A stretch of DNA of 56,612 nt, counting the filler, from Sphacelaria rigidula (taxonomy: Eukaryota), in assembly GCA_964200075.2 (NCBI GenBank). It is 3 parts of 3 records of this genome, joined end to end, with 100 filler letters (N's around TTAATTAATTAA, not from the genome) between each part and the next. Parts side by side here need not be neighbours in the genome. Positions count along the whole stretch, not along the records: positions 37,818 to 56,612 come from CAXNAA020000789.1; 2 more parts are not named here. The stretch is one strand, 5' to 3'. This document shows, piece by piece, positions 37,718-49,625 of the stretch. Every line of letters starts with the position of its first letter. Position 1 is the stretch's first letter. Under the pieces are notes generated by a model. That model saw only the letters and a list, made by a program, of their open reading frames with translations, had not been told where the DNA came from and did not search any database. A program made the translations under genes and the position numbers.

Positions 37718-37817
37718 NNNNNNNNNNNNNNNNNNNNNNNNNNNNNNNNNNNNNNNNNNNNTTAATTAATTAANNNNNNNNNNNNNNNNNNNNNNNNNNN
37801 NNNNNNNNNNNNNNNNN
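37718..37817. other. Scaffold gap with artificial TTAATTAATTAA linker (37762-37773)
   Basis: 44 N + 12 nt + 44 N. Confidence 0.95.
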
Positions 37818-37888
37818 CCGTCCCGGCATTGTAGGGATGCGAGGTCAATGGTCTGATGACTATGGCATGCATGATCATGAGTACACCC
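37818..37888 (+). mobile_element. 3' end of LINE subfamily 2
   Basis: Homologous to 980-1050 and 18745-18809. Confidence 0.75.
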
Positions 37889-38097
37889 GTCAATTGAGTC
37901 CGTAAGCCGTTCAATATCGAGCGCAGAGATATTTTTTGTTGTTTCGGAATGTGGAGCGGATGCCCAGTATCTCCTCATTTCTAAACTTCGGCTGCGAGCA
38001 TTTGCTGGGATGAGCGGTGGCATGCGCAAAAACTGCTGAAAATCGCCGACTACGAAGAAATGACAAAACCCCCCTACTTTGGCTGAAACTACTTTTG

Positions 38098-38338
38098 TAG
38101 CGATAAACTGGTCGCCGTAAGAGGAGATAGATGGTGGTCACGGGCGGCGAGACAGGACAGGGATAAGATATGCACAAGGTTTTTTGTGTATTGTATGGAG
38201 AAATTGATATGAGCGCCCAAGTGTTGGAGATGTATATATTAGAAGTAGGAACGGTGCTCCGTGTCGAAAGGGATGCGTGGTCAATGCTTGAATGAATAGG
38301 GCGAGCAGTCAGTGAGTACTCCCCCCCCCCCCCCCCCC
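38098..38338 (+). mobile_element. LINE 3' fragment with a long poly(C) tail
   Basis: Colinear with 16820-17030. Confidence 0.85.
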
Positions 38339-39840
38339 GGAATCCATGTGGAGAAAGATATAGCATCGGGATTGATTTCGGCGGATGATTTCGTGGGGAA
38401 ATCAGAAACATCAGAGGGATCGCAGAAGCAAATAGAAAAGTAGCTAGAACACACTAGGAAATGGAAAGTGACAGTGAGTGTAAAAAAATACGCTGTACTT
38501 GCAAGTAACGAAGATGAGGAAATCCCGATAGAGTTAAAATGGAAGTGAGGGGAAGAGGAACTGCCGATCGTAGACCATCACACATACCTGACGTGGAGAT
38601 TTCATAGACTTGTTTTTGGGATGCACACATAAATAAAGTAATAGAAAAGGGTAAGGCACAGATGGGCAAGATGGGCGTAATCCTACCACACCTTGGACAG
38701 TAGATTCTTCTGTAAAAAGTATACTGCGTACAGTGTGGAATCTATTGTATGTTGCAACAGGCGCAATAGTCGATACTGTACGCGGTGCACTTTTGACTGT
38801 GTGTTCTATTGCCCAGGGTATGGACCCTACGAGATTTGCACCTAGACACTAAGATTAAGAGGTGTATTCTGATGAACGTGATTTTATCAAAGCTACAATA
38901 TCAGGAGAAGTATGTGAGGGGAACGCGAAGTTGCCGAAGAAGCTGGAAACAGTACAGATAACAGCAGCGAAGAAACCCTTGGATGCTCAAAAACGACGAG
39001 TAATGAAGGTAGACTTGGGATTGTATTCACTTGAAACGAATATGCACCATGCCACTGACACGGCAATATGGCTAAAGGAGATACCAAAAAGGAGATTGCC
39101 ACCATAGTTAATAGGGTCGTATGGAAATAAGTGACGAAAGGGTAGACTGGAATAAGGTGGGATAGCATAGTGGGGGAAGGACGGGAGGACATGGGAGGGA
39201 CCAAAGACGAGATAGTGTCCACAGGTGAATGTGGCGGGTACAAAACAAAAATTAAAGACGTGATGGATATTAGGGAAAAGAAGCGCTCAGACGGAAAGTA
39301 GAAGGGGAAGAACACCTTAATATATACGGGGGGTTGAGAGAAGGGATAGGTATGAAGATATATCTGCTTGGCCCAAAGGACTTTGCGAAGAAGTTGAAAC
39401 TGCGATTTCAGTGGGAGACCTGGACCGCCAGAAACGAACAAGAGGCATGCCAGCAGTCGAGTTGAGGAGAAAGTAGATGCACAGAATTGCCCCTGTGGCA
39501 AAGCAATAGAGAGTAAGATTCATATAGTGGCAGAATGTGAAGCATACAAGGAGGAAACGTGGAAAGTCAATGGCGGTGGCATGAAATCGTTCGATGCATT
39601 AGACAGTAGCTAGAAAACGACGACTATACTAGGAGATAGATGATGGCCACAGACGGCGAAACAGGATGGGGATAAGATATGTTGAACATTTTTGTGTCAT
39701 GTATGGAAGAAACGTGATAAGCGCCCAAATGTTGGAGGTATCTCTATTAGGAATAGGAACGTTGCTCCATCTCACAGGAGATGCGCGATCAATGGTCAGA
39801 TGGCTAAGGCAAGCAAGAAATGAGTACCCCCCCCTACCCC
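38339..39840 (+). mobile_element. 5'-truncated LINE copy (RT ADDFVG motif to 3' end), interrupted at ~38690-38830 by another repeat
   Basis: Colinear with 15680-17030; CPCGKAIESKIHIVAEC motif; ends GAGTACCCCCCCC. Confidence 0.9.
38715..38822. repeat. Dispersed repeat fragment inside the LINE
   Basis: Similar to 47975-48080 (TGTTGCAA.AGGCGCAATA.TCGATACTGTACGC). Confidence 0.7.
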
Positions 39841-39911
39841 AATGCGACGTTTCGCCTACTGCGTGGCCTTTGATCACATTTTTCCCTTTCCTTTGCCCAC
39901 TGATCAAGTAG

Positions 39912-40044
39912 GGAAGGATTCATCGGCGCGGCGATATGCACCAGCATCCTAGGTTGGCTCATGGGGCGGTGTTTCGGGGACTTGGAGTGGATGACATCTC
40001 CCAGCAATGTGATTTTGCAGGCGCATGACGCAGATATAGACATG
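39912..40044 (+). CDS. CDS: CDP-DAG synthase exon (EGFIGAAICTSILGWLMGRCFGDLEWMTSP..)
   Basis: tag acceptor, gtgagc donor; WEGF motif. Confidence 0.88.
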
Positions 40045-43000
40045 GTGAGCGGGTTGGGGCGAGGGTGCGCGCTCAGGATGAAAATTGTTTTGGATTTTCA
40101 ATAGCCACCAAGGCACTCGGTCAGTGCTAACCCAGTGTCTCAGTGGTTCTTTTGACGCCTTTAGCATAGTTATCTCCGGTGCCCGTCATGAATCAAGCTC
40201 CTCGTTTCGCTAAGGGTTATCATCCCCGTGATCAACGCCGCTACTATGTAGGGTTTATTTTGCTTATTCTGGTCTCCTAGCGTGTTTGCACCGCACCGCG
40301 ATGAGCTCTTCAATATTTCACTTATGATGGCACATATGTCGGCCAAGAACGATAATGAGGGAATCGGACCCTAACCCGAACCCTAACCCTAAGGCGTCAT
40401 GAGCGCCAGAATGTTGGAGGTATCTCTATTAGGAGTAGGAACGGTGCTCCATCTCGAAAGGGATGCGTGGTCAATGGTCAAACGACTAAGGCAAGCAACA
40501 AATGAGTATGCTCCCCTCTACGCCCCCCGCCCCCACCTCCCCCTCCCATTCGCAGGAAAAGGTCAAGTATTTGAGCCTTGATAGATGGGCAGAGAAGGCT
40601 GGGTCAACGCGCTGTAGTGCGATGATTCTTCTGATGAAACGTTGCTTCTATTTTGCTTTGCTTCGGTAAAAAATGCAGGCGGATGTGTTTGTGCCGACTG
40701 TGGGAATGTTCAATCTCGACTTGGTGCTGTCACGGGCTGAGATTCACGGTTTCTGGTGAGATGAGTTTTTTTTTTTTTGTGATTTTCGGTGTATCCGTGC
40801 TTTTGTCTTGACTTGTTTTTATTGGTTCGATCAACTGTCAGCGTTCCGCTCCGGTCAATTCTGTTTCGATACCTCTGATACCGTAAGAGTGCGTTTTATC
40901 GCACGGTGCCCCGATTTGGCACGGTGCCCCGATTTGGCACGAGAGCGCGCCAAAAAATAGAGTTCGAAGTGATTTAATTGAATTTTCGCACGGAGGTCCT
41001 TGAAATCGCACGGGGGTGCGATAATTTCGATGAAATCGATATCGGGCGCGACTTCGTCTGCTGCCGCTGGAGGATCGGTGAAACAGAATTCTGCAAAATT
41101 CGGAGAAAACGGTGCATCGTTTTTTTTTTTTTCGTTTTGCATCTCCGGCTACAGTATAACCGGTACATTCATGCTATCCTGTCACAGCAGTGGCACCAGT
41201 GGAGCACGGTTTGTGTTGTCACAGGAACTCAGTATCCCACGGATCCGAGATATCGCACGGGGGTGCTCTTCAAACTGCAGAAGCAAGGGATTTAATTCGA
41301 TTTCCCCACGGGGGTCCCCAATTTGGTACGGTGCCCTGATTTAACACGGGGGTGCGGAAAAAATCGAAGAAGCAAAACGTTTAATTGGGCGATCGCACTA
41401 GGGTGCGATATAACACGCACTCTTACGGTATTACAGGAAATCAACAACCAAGGATGGCCACGGTAGCAGGGACCTGCATATAGTTGCACCAGACCGAGGC
41501 CAGGGAATATTTTGGATCTAGCGAGTATACGTAATCTCCTGGTGCTAAGTCTATGTTGTTTGTTCATCCTAGTCTTTGATCGCAAAGTGCAGATTTATAA
41601 ATCAAGTTCATACTATATCATACACCACCTCGAGTGCGTGCGTAAGGTTTTTTTCGTTCGCTGCCTCATATTCCGCGTTCATGGACGGTTCACTCGAAAA
41701 GAGATTTCTGGGAAGATTATTTCAGCCTTAGTCCTTTGACAGCCGGAGGTGATCCATTTGTCGAATAGGAGTTATTTTCAGTTCTCGTTGTAGTAAAAGT
41801 AGTGCCGATTCCACGAATGGACAGCCTCCGGCGGTCAAGGGGTAAACTCATGTTCGGATATCTTGTGCAGAAACTTCGAAGCCTCACAGTAGATGTTTTC
41901 TGGGATCGCTATGACCATTTCAATGAAATGAGAGTGCCGTTTCAGTCGAGTACATGGTGATCCTCACCATACCCCGCATGTACGTCAAGATGCTCAACGT
42001 GTAATGAATACCACCGGCGAAGATTCGGGTCTCCACGGTGCTCTTACACGAGGTCTTGCCATGTGCGGACCGCGTTCCCGTTATGTTTGGCATGAAGTTG
42101 GGCGCGGTGCTACACAAGTGTGTGGAGACCCACTGCCTCAGAAGGGGTAGATTGACCAGCTAAGGTTTTGGGGCATAAGTATAGCCTACTGTTATCTCAG
42201 ATGCAACATATGGTTCGTGAGAAATATTGACTCAAAGTTTATCCATTTTGGTGATTTTCTGCTCATTTTTATCCCAACACTGGGAATTAAAGAAAAAAAC
42301 AGCCAGAAAATGACCCTTCCTTGATGGACTGCTTTCTCGCGCCACTCACACGTCTGATTGAATTCGCAGACAACGCTGCTTCTTTGGTATCCAGTCCAAA
42401 AACAGAAGAACAAATATTGTGATTGAACATAATCGAGTACCTCTCGTGACGTAGCGTGGTGTACTCGCGGGACGCAGGTAGTGTTCAAGCAATAACCAAT
42501 ACCATTGTCAAAAGTGCATGGCCGGCCGATAGGATGAGGATGATGATGATATTCAAACGTTCGTTCGCAATACTGCACAGGATAGGCGCAGTATATATTG
42601 CCTTTTTGGTATGCTTTCGTATCCATATTAAACTATTAACATTATCAAATGGGCGTTGCTGTTGTTTTTCGCGCTGTCCGCATCGTAGGATCGCAATGAT
42701 GGCTTCGCTGATTGGTCCATTCGGCGGTTTCATCGCCAGCGGGATCAAGCGTGCGTATGGCATCAAGGACTTCGGCAGCACGTGAGTCCCGTCGCATTGC
42801 TTTCATTCGCTGTGACATCTCAGGACCTTGCGGGCAGCCGAGGCCCGTGTCCTGAACACGTGAATCACTCAGGCACGGTCAAGGTTGTGTTCTGTAGGGT
42901 ATGCCAGCTAAAAGTAGGGTATTTACAGAGGTTCTGGAGGGATATTTTATCGGTAAATATCCTTCCGAACCATACCGGATTGTTCGGAACAGGGTTAGAT

Positions 43001-45315
43001 ACTCTCTGCCGGGCCATATGGGGATGCTCGGTACACATTCCGGCATGGCCTGATGTGCCAACCAAAAACCGCCCACTTCCGGGTATACCCCACCACAGAA
43101 CACAACCTTGGGCACGTTCTTCACGTAAACCGCGGAGGCAGTTGCAGGTCACGATTGCGAACCCTGGAGCCCCGACAGCGCGGCTCTTGATCGTTTTGAG
43201 TGCCGGTGTTTATGCTCAACCGGCTCTTTTCATTTGCGCCTTCGATTGATCACAGACTCAGCCTTGCACGTCCGCAGGACACGTATGTCGTCTCAAGTAT
43301 TTTCCCCATTTTCCCCCCAGTACTCACCGGCCTTCGTCTTCCGACCATTACATCAGCTCTCCCGAGCCCGTGGGTTTCCTTTACTTGCACATATTTTCAC
43401 GCATTCGGATAGCAGAGACCTAAAACAAGTGCATCATTGTCAGGAATCAAACCCATGTAGTCAACGGAAGCTGTCAGTTAGATGTACCAATTTGATCGCC
43501 GGTGTGGGAAGGTTTGTCGGGAAGACGACTCTCGCCTCTCCATCGCGGCGCTACTACGGACTGAAAGGCGTTTTTGGAAATGCCCGACTCAGATTTGAGT
43601 TATTGCCGAGGTTTTGGGGTGGGGCATGAAGTAAGTCACAAGGCAGGCTTCATTGCTTGCAACGAGCAATACCGTTGGACGTGATGTATAGTACAGTGGG
43701 TGCGTCACCCCCACGGGTGTGACACCGTTGCGGACTTTTGTGGGCAGCCTTGCGCGTGCTGAATCTCATATCAATCTACCTCACTCCATCGTGGAACTAA
43801 CGCAAGGTATCTATATGACGTGATTCGTGTTTTTCAGCCAATGTCGACCCTACATTACGGCACAGTCCAGTACAGGTTGTGTATGTTGATTGTGTGCGAT
43901 CCGCTAGATTTTGTGAAACAGAAGGTGAAAATTGCAAGGGAGCTTTGCGTATCAAAGGCTAAACACTACGCTAGGATCTGAGCACAGCCTCTGCCGTACC
44001 GACTAGCTTCGCGCCGCGGGTATTCCATCGGCTACATTTCCAGCGAACAGCACACACTGTACAGACCAACTGTGCGCTGCTCGTGACACATCGCGTGTAT
44101 GTGTCGAGGGCTTGACACGTGGAGAGTCCAGTCAACGGGCAAGGCGCTGGCATTCTGGTTGGCTACCTTTAACCTTAAAAAAACGACTGATCTGAATGGT
44201 GCCGGACAGGTTTTCCGCGAACGCAACACGAATTCGCCATGCCAAGTGCGAGAGCAGTCACTATCCAGTGAGACCGTGTGTACCAATGATAGCACCGGCT
44301 ACTCGTTTTTTATAAACGATTAGTCCCGCAGTAAGATTCGCAATGCCTCGAATAAGCCGGCCTCTCTGGCCTGCTGCGATGCCAGAACCCGCACGCACTG
44401 TCTCTTTATTCCTGGCACAGGACAAATGCAGTACTCAGCTCAACCATGTGTGCACACATGTTGAGTACCACTGTTTGTACTGCGGGATACGGCAAGAGCG
44501 CCATCAGTAATCAGGCGGCGCAGTATCGCCTACCCAAAGGGATCACTTACCTGCTGCTGCATGGTGTATATTGCGCACGCGCGCGCGTGGGGGAGGGGGG
44601 GGGGAGGGTACACTGTAATGATGCATTGACCCTCGGAAGTACATCCTTCGTGACACGGACAGCACGGAGGAAGTGGTCGAGTTCACTCACGATTGTCGCC
44701 AATGTCCGGTCTGGCACAGGAGTCGCCAAATGGGCACGGAGTTGACGATTGACCTCGAGTTACCGCAATGAGTGTAGCCAAATTCGTCTTCATTATACTG
44801 AATTAGTCGTGGCGACCCGATCCACGCAGACCTATTTCTTTTTGAGATACGTCGTGACGACTCGAGTCAGACGCGTTGCAAACAATTTCCAAGTTGTCGA
44901 GATATGATTCGAATCAGAATTGTCGAAATTTCTCGGATAGGTCGTGATGACTCGAGCCAGGTCGTCTCCCATTGTTCGAACTAGCCTAGCAACTTGATCC
45001 AAATTATGTCCCATTTCTCCGACTCAGTCGTATCTCTCGAACGAGCTCGTCCCCCATTTGCTGGATCAGTCGTATAACAAGTGTCGGTTCGTCCCCCATT
45101 CTTTCGAACCTGTCGCATTGCCCTAGACGTCGCGATGACAGAACTGTTTGATAACTCGTCAGCCCTTTATCGTTCCATGTTTCGTATTTCCGTGTGCATC
45201 TTCTGACAGGATCCCTGGGCATGGAGGGGCTGGTGACCGTTTTGACTGCCAGGTTTTGCTTCTGCCACTGGTCTACTTTTATCTCAAAGCGTTCGCTCCC
45301 GATCTTAACATCTGA
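39912..45315 (+). CDS. CDS: Phosphatidate cytidylyltransferase (CDP-diacylglycerol synthase), 3' part; join(39912-40044,40679-40755,42689-42781,45210-45315); 5' exons missing
   Basis: In-frame splicing gives (W)[58 protein letters not shown]..NI*, the CTP_transf_1 signature with eukaryotic-type PFGG and DCQ motifs. Confidence 0.95.
40369..40392 (+). repeat. Short interstitial telomere-like (CCCTAA) run
   Basis: CCCTAA CCCGAA CCCTAA CCCTAA. Confidence 0.7.
40398..40548 (+). mobile_element. LINE 3' fragment with C-rich tail
   Basis: Matches 16927-17030. Confidence 0.85.
40679..40755 (+). CDS. CDS: CDP-DAG synthase exon (ADVFVPTVGMFNLDLVLSRAEIHGFW)
   Basis: tgcag acceptor, gtgaga donor; bridges phase 0 to phase 2. 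Confidence 0.82.
40881..41428. mobile_element. Tc1/mariner/pogo-type MITE
   Basis: TA|CCGTAAGAGTGCGT ... ACGCACTCTTACGG|TA; internal GCACGG(T/G)G subrepeats. Confidence 0.88.
41733..41841. mobile_element. ~110-bp mini-MITE or hairpin
   Basis: CCTTTGACAGCCGGAGG / CCTCCGGCGGTCAAGGG imperfect inverted arms of ~33 bp. Confidence 0.6.
42689..42781 (+). CDS. CDS: CDP-DAG synthase exon ([31 protein letters not shown])
   Basis: cgtag acceptor, gtgagt donor; S..KR...IKD motif. Confidence 0.95.
42880..43110. mobile_element. hAT-type MITE (231 bp)
   Basis: Perfect 16-bp TIR CAAGGTTGTGTTCTGT; 8-bp TSD GGCACGGT / GGCACGTT. Confidence 0.88.
43275..43503 (-). mobile_element. Possible degenerate tRNA-headed SINE
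   Basis: Minus strand CCGGCGATCAAATTGGTAC..GGGTTTGATTCCTG resembles A and B boxes. Confidence 0.35.
45210..45315 (+). CDS. CDS: CDP-DAG synthase last exon ([14 protein letters not shown]..*)
   Basis: gacag acceptor; PGHGG..DR.D motif; TGA at 45313-45315. Confidence 0.95.
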
Positions 45316-46635
45316 ATGCTGTAGAGCGCCTTCGAAGACGGCGGTAGCGATGGTTGCTCGAGAGCGACTGTCTCGACCGTTAGCTGCGCTATGCACTGAC
45401 CACGACAGATGTGCCATTCGGAGCGGTCGGCCGATATCGTTTGCCCCGTACTAGGGTGATATGACGTAGCAATGTAGAGATGTGTTGATGGTGCGGTTGA
45501 ATAATTATATCCCTCAGGGCGTTCGTAAACACTCTTCCGTAAAGGTTCAAACATAAATCTAGCGCGGGACCAGACGCCGGCTACTGTTCACACAAGAGAG
45601 AGCTTGCAACGTGTACCATACGCGACGCGTTGGTGAAGGCTAAAGCAGTGCAGCCGGAAACGTCAATATTCGGAGAGTAGGAAGATGTCGTTCAGTGGCG
45701 GGGGTAGGCAACTGGACGGGGTCTGGCCCACGAATGGGTGTGACCTTGACCTGTCCCCTTGAAATGATGTAGCTCTTACACGTAAAAATGATGGGTCGCG
45801 GTCGGATGTGTGCTGGGTCGCTGCCCTTGTGTGCGCATGTCACTATGATCAGAAGCGCGAAGTTTGTGCTGCGCGTGAACCCATGCAGACACGGAACCGT
45901 AGGCACGATCAGTTCTTAGTCGATTCATGAACGGCATTTACGTTCGGGTGTTGTGCTCGATCCTGCGCACTATTCAAACTTCGTATGGTGAAGAGTTGCC
46001 TTCATGTCTGAGAGCCAGATAAAGATACTGGTTGATTCGTGGATTGATTGTCGCATATCAACTGCCCGCCGAGGGATCTGGTAGTGGCCACAAAATAGAC
46101 GTACCCAAGGTAAGCGAAACGGAGACACTGGCTAAGTGGAACTCTGGAGAGGAAGAAGACGAGGAATGATGGACAAAACGGAGTAAACCGGCTAAGCAAG
46201 AAAAATGAAACATGAGAAAAAAGAGGAAGTAAAAAGGAAAGGGAAGGGAAGGAGAAGAACACGGATAGCCGGTTTCGATGGAGAAAATAACAACGATCAC
46301 ACCAACAAAAAAAATTACCAAAAAGCAAGGTACAAGAATGACGCTAAAATCAAATCGACCTTGATTTCTCAGGCGTGATTTGCCGTAGACCTTGAATTAT
46401 ATTCGGACCTGTTCGGGATCGGGTGTTCCACTTCACGATCCATAGTTCAAGCATGCCACCAGCCGTGGATCCTACTCATCAATACATGGAATATAACGCC
46501 AAAATGGCTCGCCTAACCGGCACCTACGGCTCTTGCAGCTCTTCAAGACGTCAAGAACTCCAGATACTAACTACACGCCTGATAGCCCTTCGGGTCGCTC
46601 ATGTATTTCCCACTGCATCAATAGGAAGTGAAGAG

Positions 46636-48476
46636 TCATGCATCTGGAAAAAAAAACGCCCGAAGAAGAGATGAGAAGGTCCCAAAAATGGGATTCAACA
46701 TCGCGGTGAGGTTGAATGTTTGTTTGGATTTTCGCCATTTCCGCCAAAATAGCTTAGGTTGGGGATGCACTTTCGACTAGTGTTTTGATGGATGTTTAAA
46801 GTCAAGCAGGTGAGGCTGAGTGCACCCCATTCGGTGTACACGTGTGTCGATGACGATGCCACGGGAAGAGCAATGGCGGAGAGGAACCTCGTTGCCCGTG
46901 TCCTTTGTGTGTCTTCGTTCGGCCATTCCCAATCGGTCGAGAGATTGGCATCAGGTCAACACCACACACACCATCTGCCAGCCCTTCCGTGGGCACAACC
47001 AGGGTGGCCGGTTAGTTGCACAGCCCCCCCAAAGGAAACGGTTTGGATTGCCCCATCTGAACTGATTTTTCCGTGTCTTGTCTGTCGCGCTGACCAGTGC
47101 AAATATCGATTCCTTTTTGCCTCTGTTTTTGGACGAGCCTCTGTGCGTCGTCGAAAAACAGAGTGATGCTCCCGCTCCAGCTTTTGTTCTCACGTACACA
47201 CGTACGAGCAATGACGATTGCGCCCAAGATCCAATCGCGTGTCAGGGGCGTTATCGTAAGTATCCCGTACGGTTTGCTGCAAGGACATAAGTACAGATTC
47301 CGGTTAGGCCCATGTAGTACAGAACCCACGACCATGGAGACTCTCTTGGCATGCCTAGTGAAACAAGACAGTGGATACGTTCTGCGGTGTTTTGCTGCTG
47401 GCGTGGTCCACGTTAGACTCGACATACTGTAATCCGTAAGCGGCGGAGCGCTTTTTCTCATGTGCGGTCAGTGCGCACTGTGAGGAGGGGTGGCGTCTTC
47501 AATTTTTCGATCGTCCTTCACTCTGCCGAAGCCACTACAAGCTTTTCGTGGGGCGAGCTAAATCAGGGGGTCCTGAAATAGGAACGAATCATGAGAACGA
47601 AAAAGAACGTGCTCCCAGTTCATTGGAAATGGTGCCCTTCTCAGGCACCGAGGAGACTGAAGAGCGCCCTCAAAGGTTGAACAGCGCCCTGAGGTTGTGG
47701 TATCATTCTTTGCCGTGGTCAAAATACCGTCCGGGTAGGCGGTCATAGTATTTCGGCGGTTACAATAAAAGAAGAAGAAAAAAAACGTTTATACCGCTGA
47801 AAAGTTACCGTCCAAGAAGATGACCGCTTGAAAAATAATTCGAAAAAATCAGCAACCGTATACCACCTAACATTACCGCCATGCGGTGGTATTGCTGCTC
47901 ACGATGTACGCCATATCGCATTACCGTATAGCTACCGTCGAACACGCACCCTGGACAAAATATTATATCGTGAAAAAATGTACTGCGTACAGGATGGAAT
48001 CTTTTGTCTGTTGCAATAGGCGCAATAATCGATACTGTACGCAGTACACTTCTTGACTGTATTCTTTTGTCCAGGGTGTGCCGTCGAAACACAACCACCA
48101 TATTATACTCCTGGTACCACTGCTGTACACCTACACTGTTCGAGTGGTACAGTAATCAGGACCTTGAGCATCAACCCCGCATTCTATTCGTGTGATCCCC
48201 ATTCAGACGTTATCGACAGAACACCTGCGCCACATCTTCTCTACAATCGCGGGATATATGTTGGGAAACACAGGGGTTTGTCGGGAAAAGATTTCGGAAC
48301 ACGTAGATAAAAAAACTAAGTTTTTGAGGGGGAGGGGGGGGACCTAGCCTGCTGTCGCCTAGTTTGTAGCCGAGGCGTATTGCTGGATGCGGTCAGCTGT
48401 CGTATACGGAGCTCCTTGGCATGGAGGACGCTGAGATGGCGGACCCGCCGCCCCCCCCAAGCTCATCACTCACCAT
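46636..48476 (-). CDS. Candidate 44-aa single-TM microprotein MGAVQPLRALFSLLGMPRESPWSWVLYYMGLTGICTYVLAANHA; complement join(48474-48476,47649-47688,47271-47354,46636-46643)
   Basis: All three introns GT-AG and phase-consistent; strong ATG|gtgagt donor and polypyrimidine-ccag last acceptor; no homologue recognised. Confidence 0.4.
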
Positions 48477-49376
48477 GAGTACAATGATTTATGGGATCAT
48501 GTTCTGTGTCGTGTGTTTCGAGTACCCATCAGTAGTCCGGGCGAGTTTGGCGAGGCGTGAGATAATGCTCCTACTTTGGCTACAGCCTGTCGCTACCGTG
48601 CGCTCGTGATTCGTGTGTGTGAGCGTGGCCGGCATCCGCGGTCGTCGGGACAGAGCGGGCAAGGAGTAGAAGCAAATATTAAAACCTCGCAAAACCCGCC
48701 TGACTTTTCGGGGTTTGTCGGTGTTTGTTGATCAATTTGTTGAACAATTTTAACAAATAAACAAGAACAAATAAACGAGACCATTTTCGAAAAAATGCCC
48801 GCCGGGACGGGGGGGGGGGTTACGTGTCTAAAAACTTCTCCCGACAGACCCCCGGGAAACATCATAATCTATATCATTGCGTGCTTGAACCATCGCTACC
48901 AACGGCTTTCATGAATAATTCAGTGGGGGAAACCGTTTCACCACGAATCAATCGCTCTTCAGCCTGAGGAAAATATTACGACACGGCAGAGGGAAAAAAA
49001 ATCCTTGACGTCGCGCGGCAGAATAGAAGCTGTCTAGTTCGACATCACGTGCCCCGTAGAAGAGGTTGTGTCAATTCAGTACTGCTTCGGGTGATTTTGG
49101 CGATACCTTCAGGAAAAAACAAACGGCCTTACGACTTTCATGAGTTGTTGCAGAATTCAGCGTACAGGTTTCCCGATGAGCGCGGAACAGTTCATCTGTG
49201 CTGCCCGCGAATCTGGAAAGTGGTCAGTTCCATGGGGGTTAGCCCATGTGTTCAGTATAGCGCTCCTGATGTAGTTTTATAGTCACACCCCTTCTTCCGT
49301 TCCATCTCCAACGACTTGATGTGCTGGTACAGCATTTCCTGGTCCTCCCGGCGGGGTAACCCCGCTGTCCTGGCGG

Positions 49377-49625
49377 TGTGTGTTTATGTTGTCGTCCCAT
49401 TCATTCTGGACACCGGTCTACACCTTTCGGTATATGTGGGCGCACCAGCCGGGGTCACACAGGAGGAAGTCCAACACAGGAGTTTTTCCTTTTTTTGTTT
49501 GTTTTAGTTCTCCACTTGACCTTCCTCCTGCGGTGCTTGCCTTTTTTTTTTATCGTGAGAGGGGTTTAGCGGCGCCTTTCCCTCGTCGGCCCTGAGGTCG
49601 AATTTTGTGTACGCTTGACATAGTC
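49377..49625 (-). mobile_element. SINE family C, 5'-truncated copy
   Basis: Colinear with 27160-27395. Confidence 0.8.

Noticed and set aside
37850..37888. CTGATGA as a hammerhead ribozyme or C/D snoRNA
   Set aside because: No GAAA follows a stem II, and the motif is not conserved in the other two copies.
21733..45315. LOX plus CDP-DAG synthase as a lipid gene cluster
   Set aside because: They are separated by an artificial gap and have no direct pathway link.
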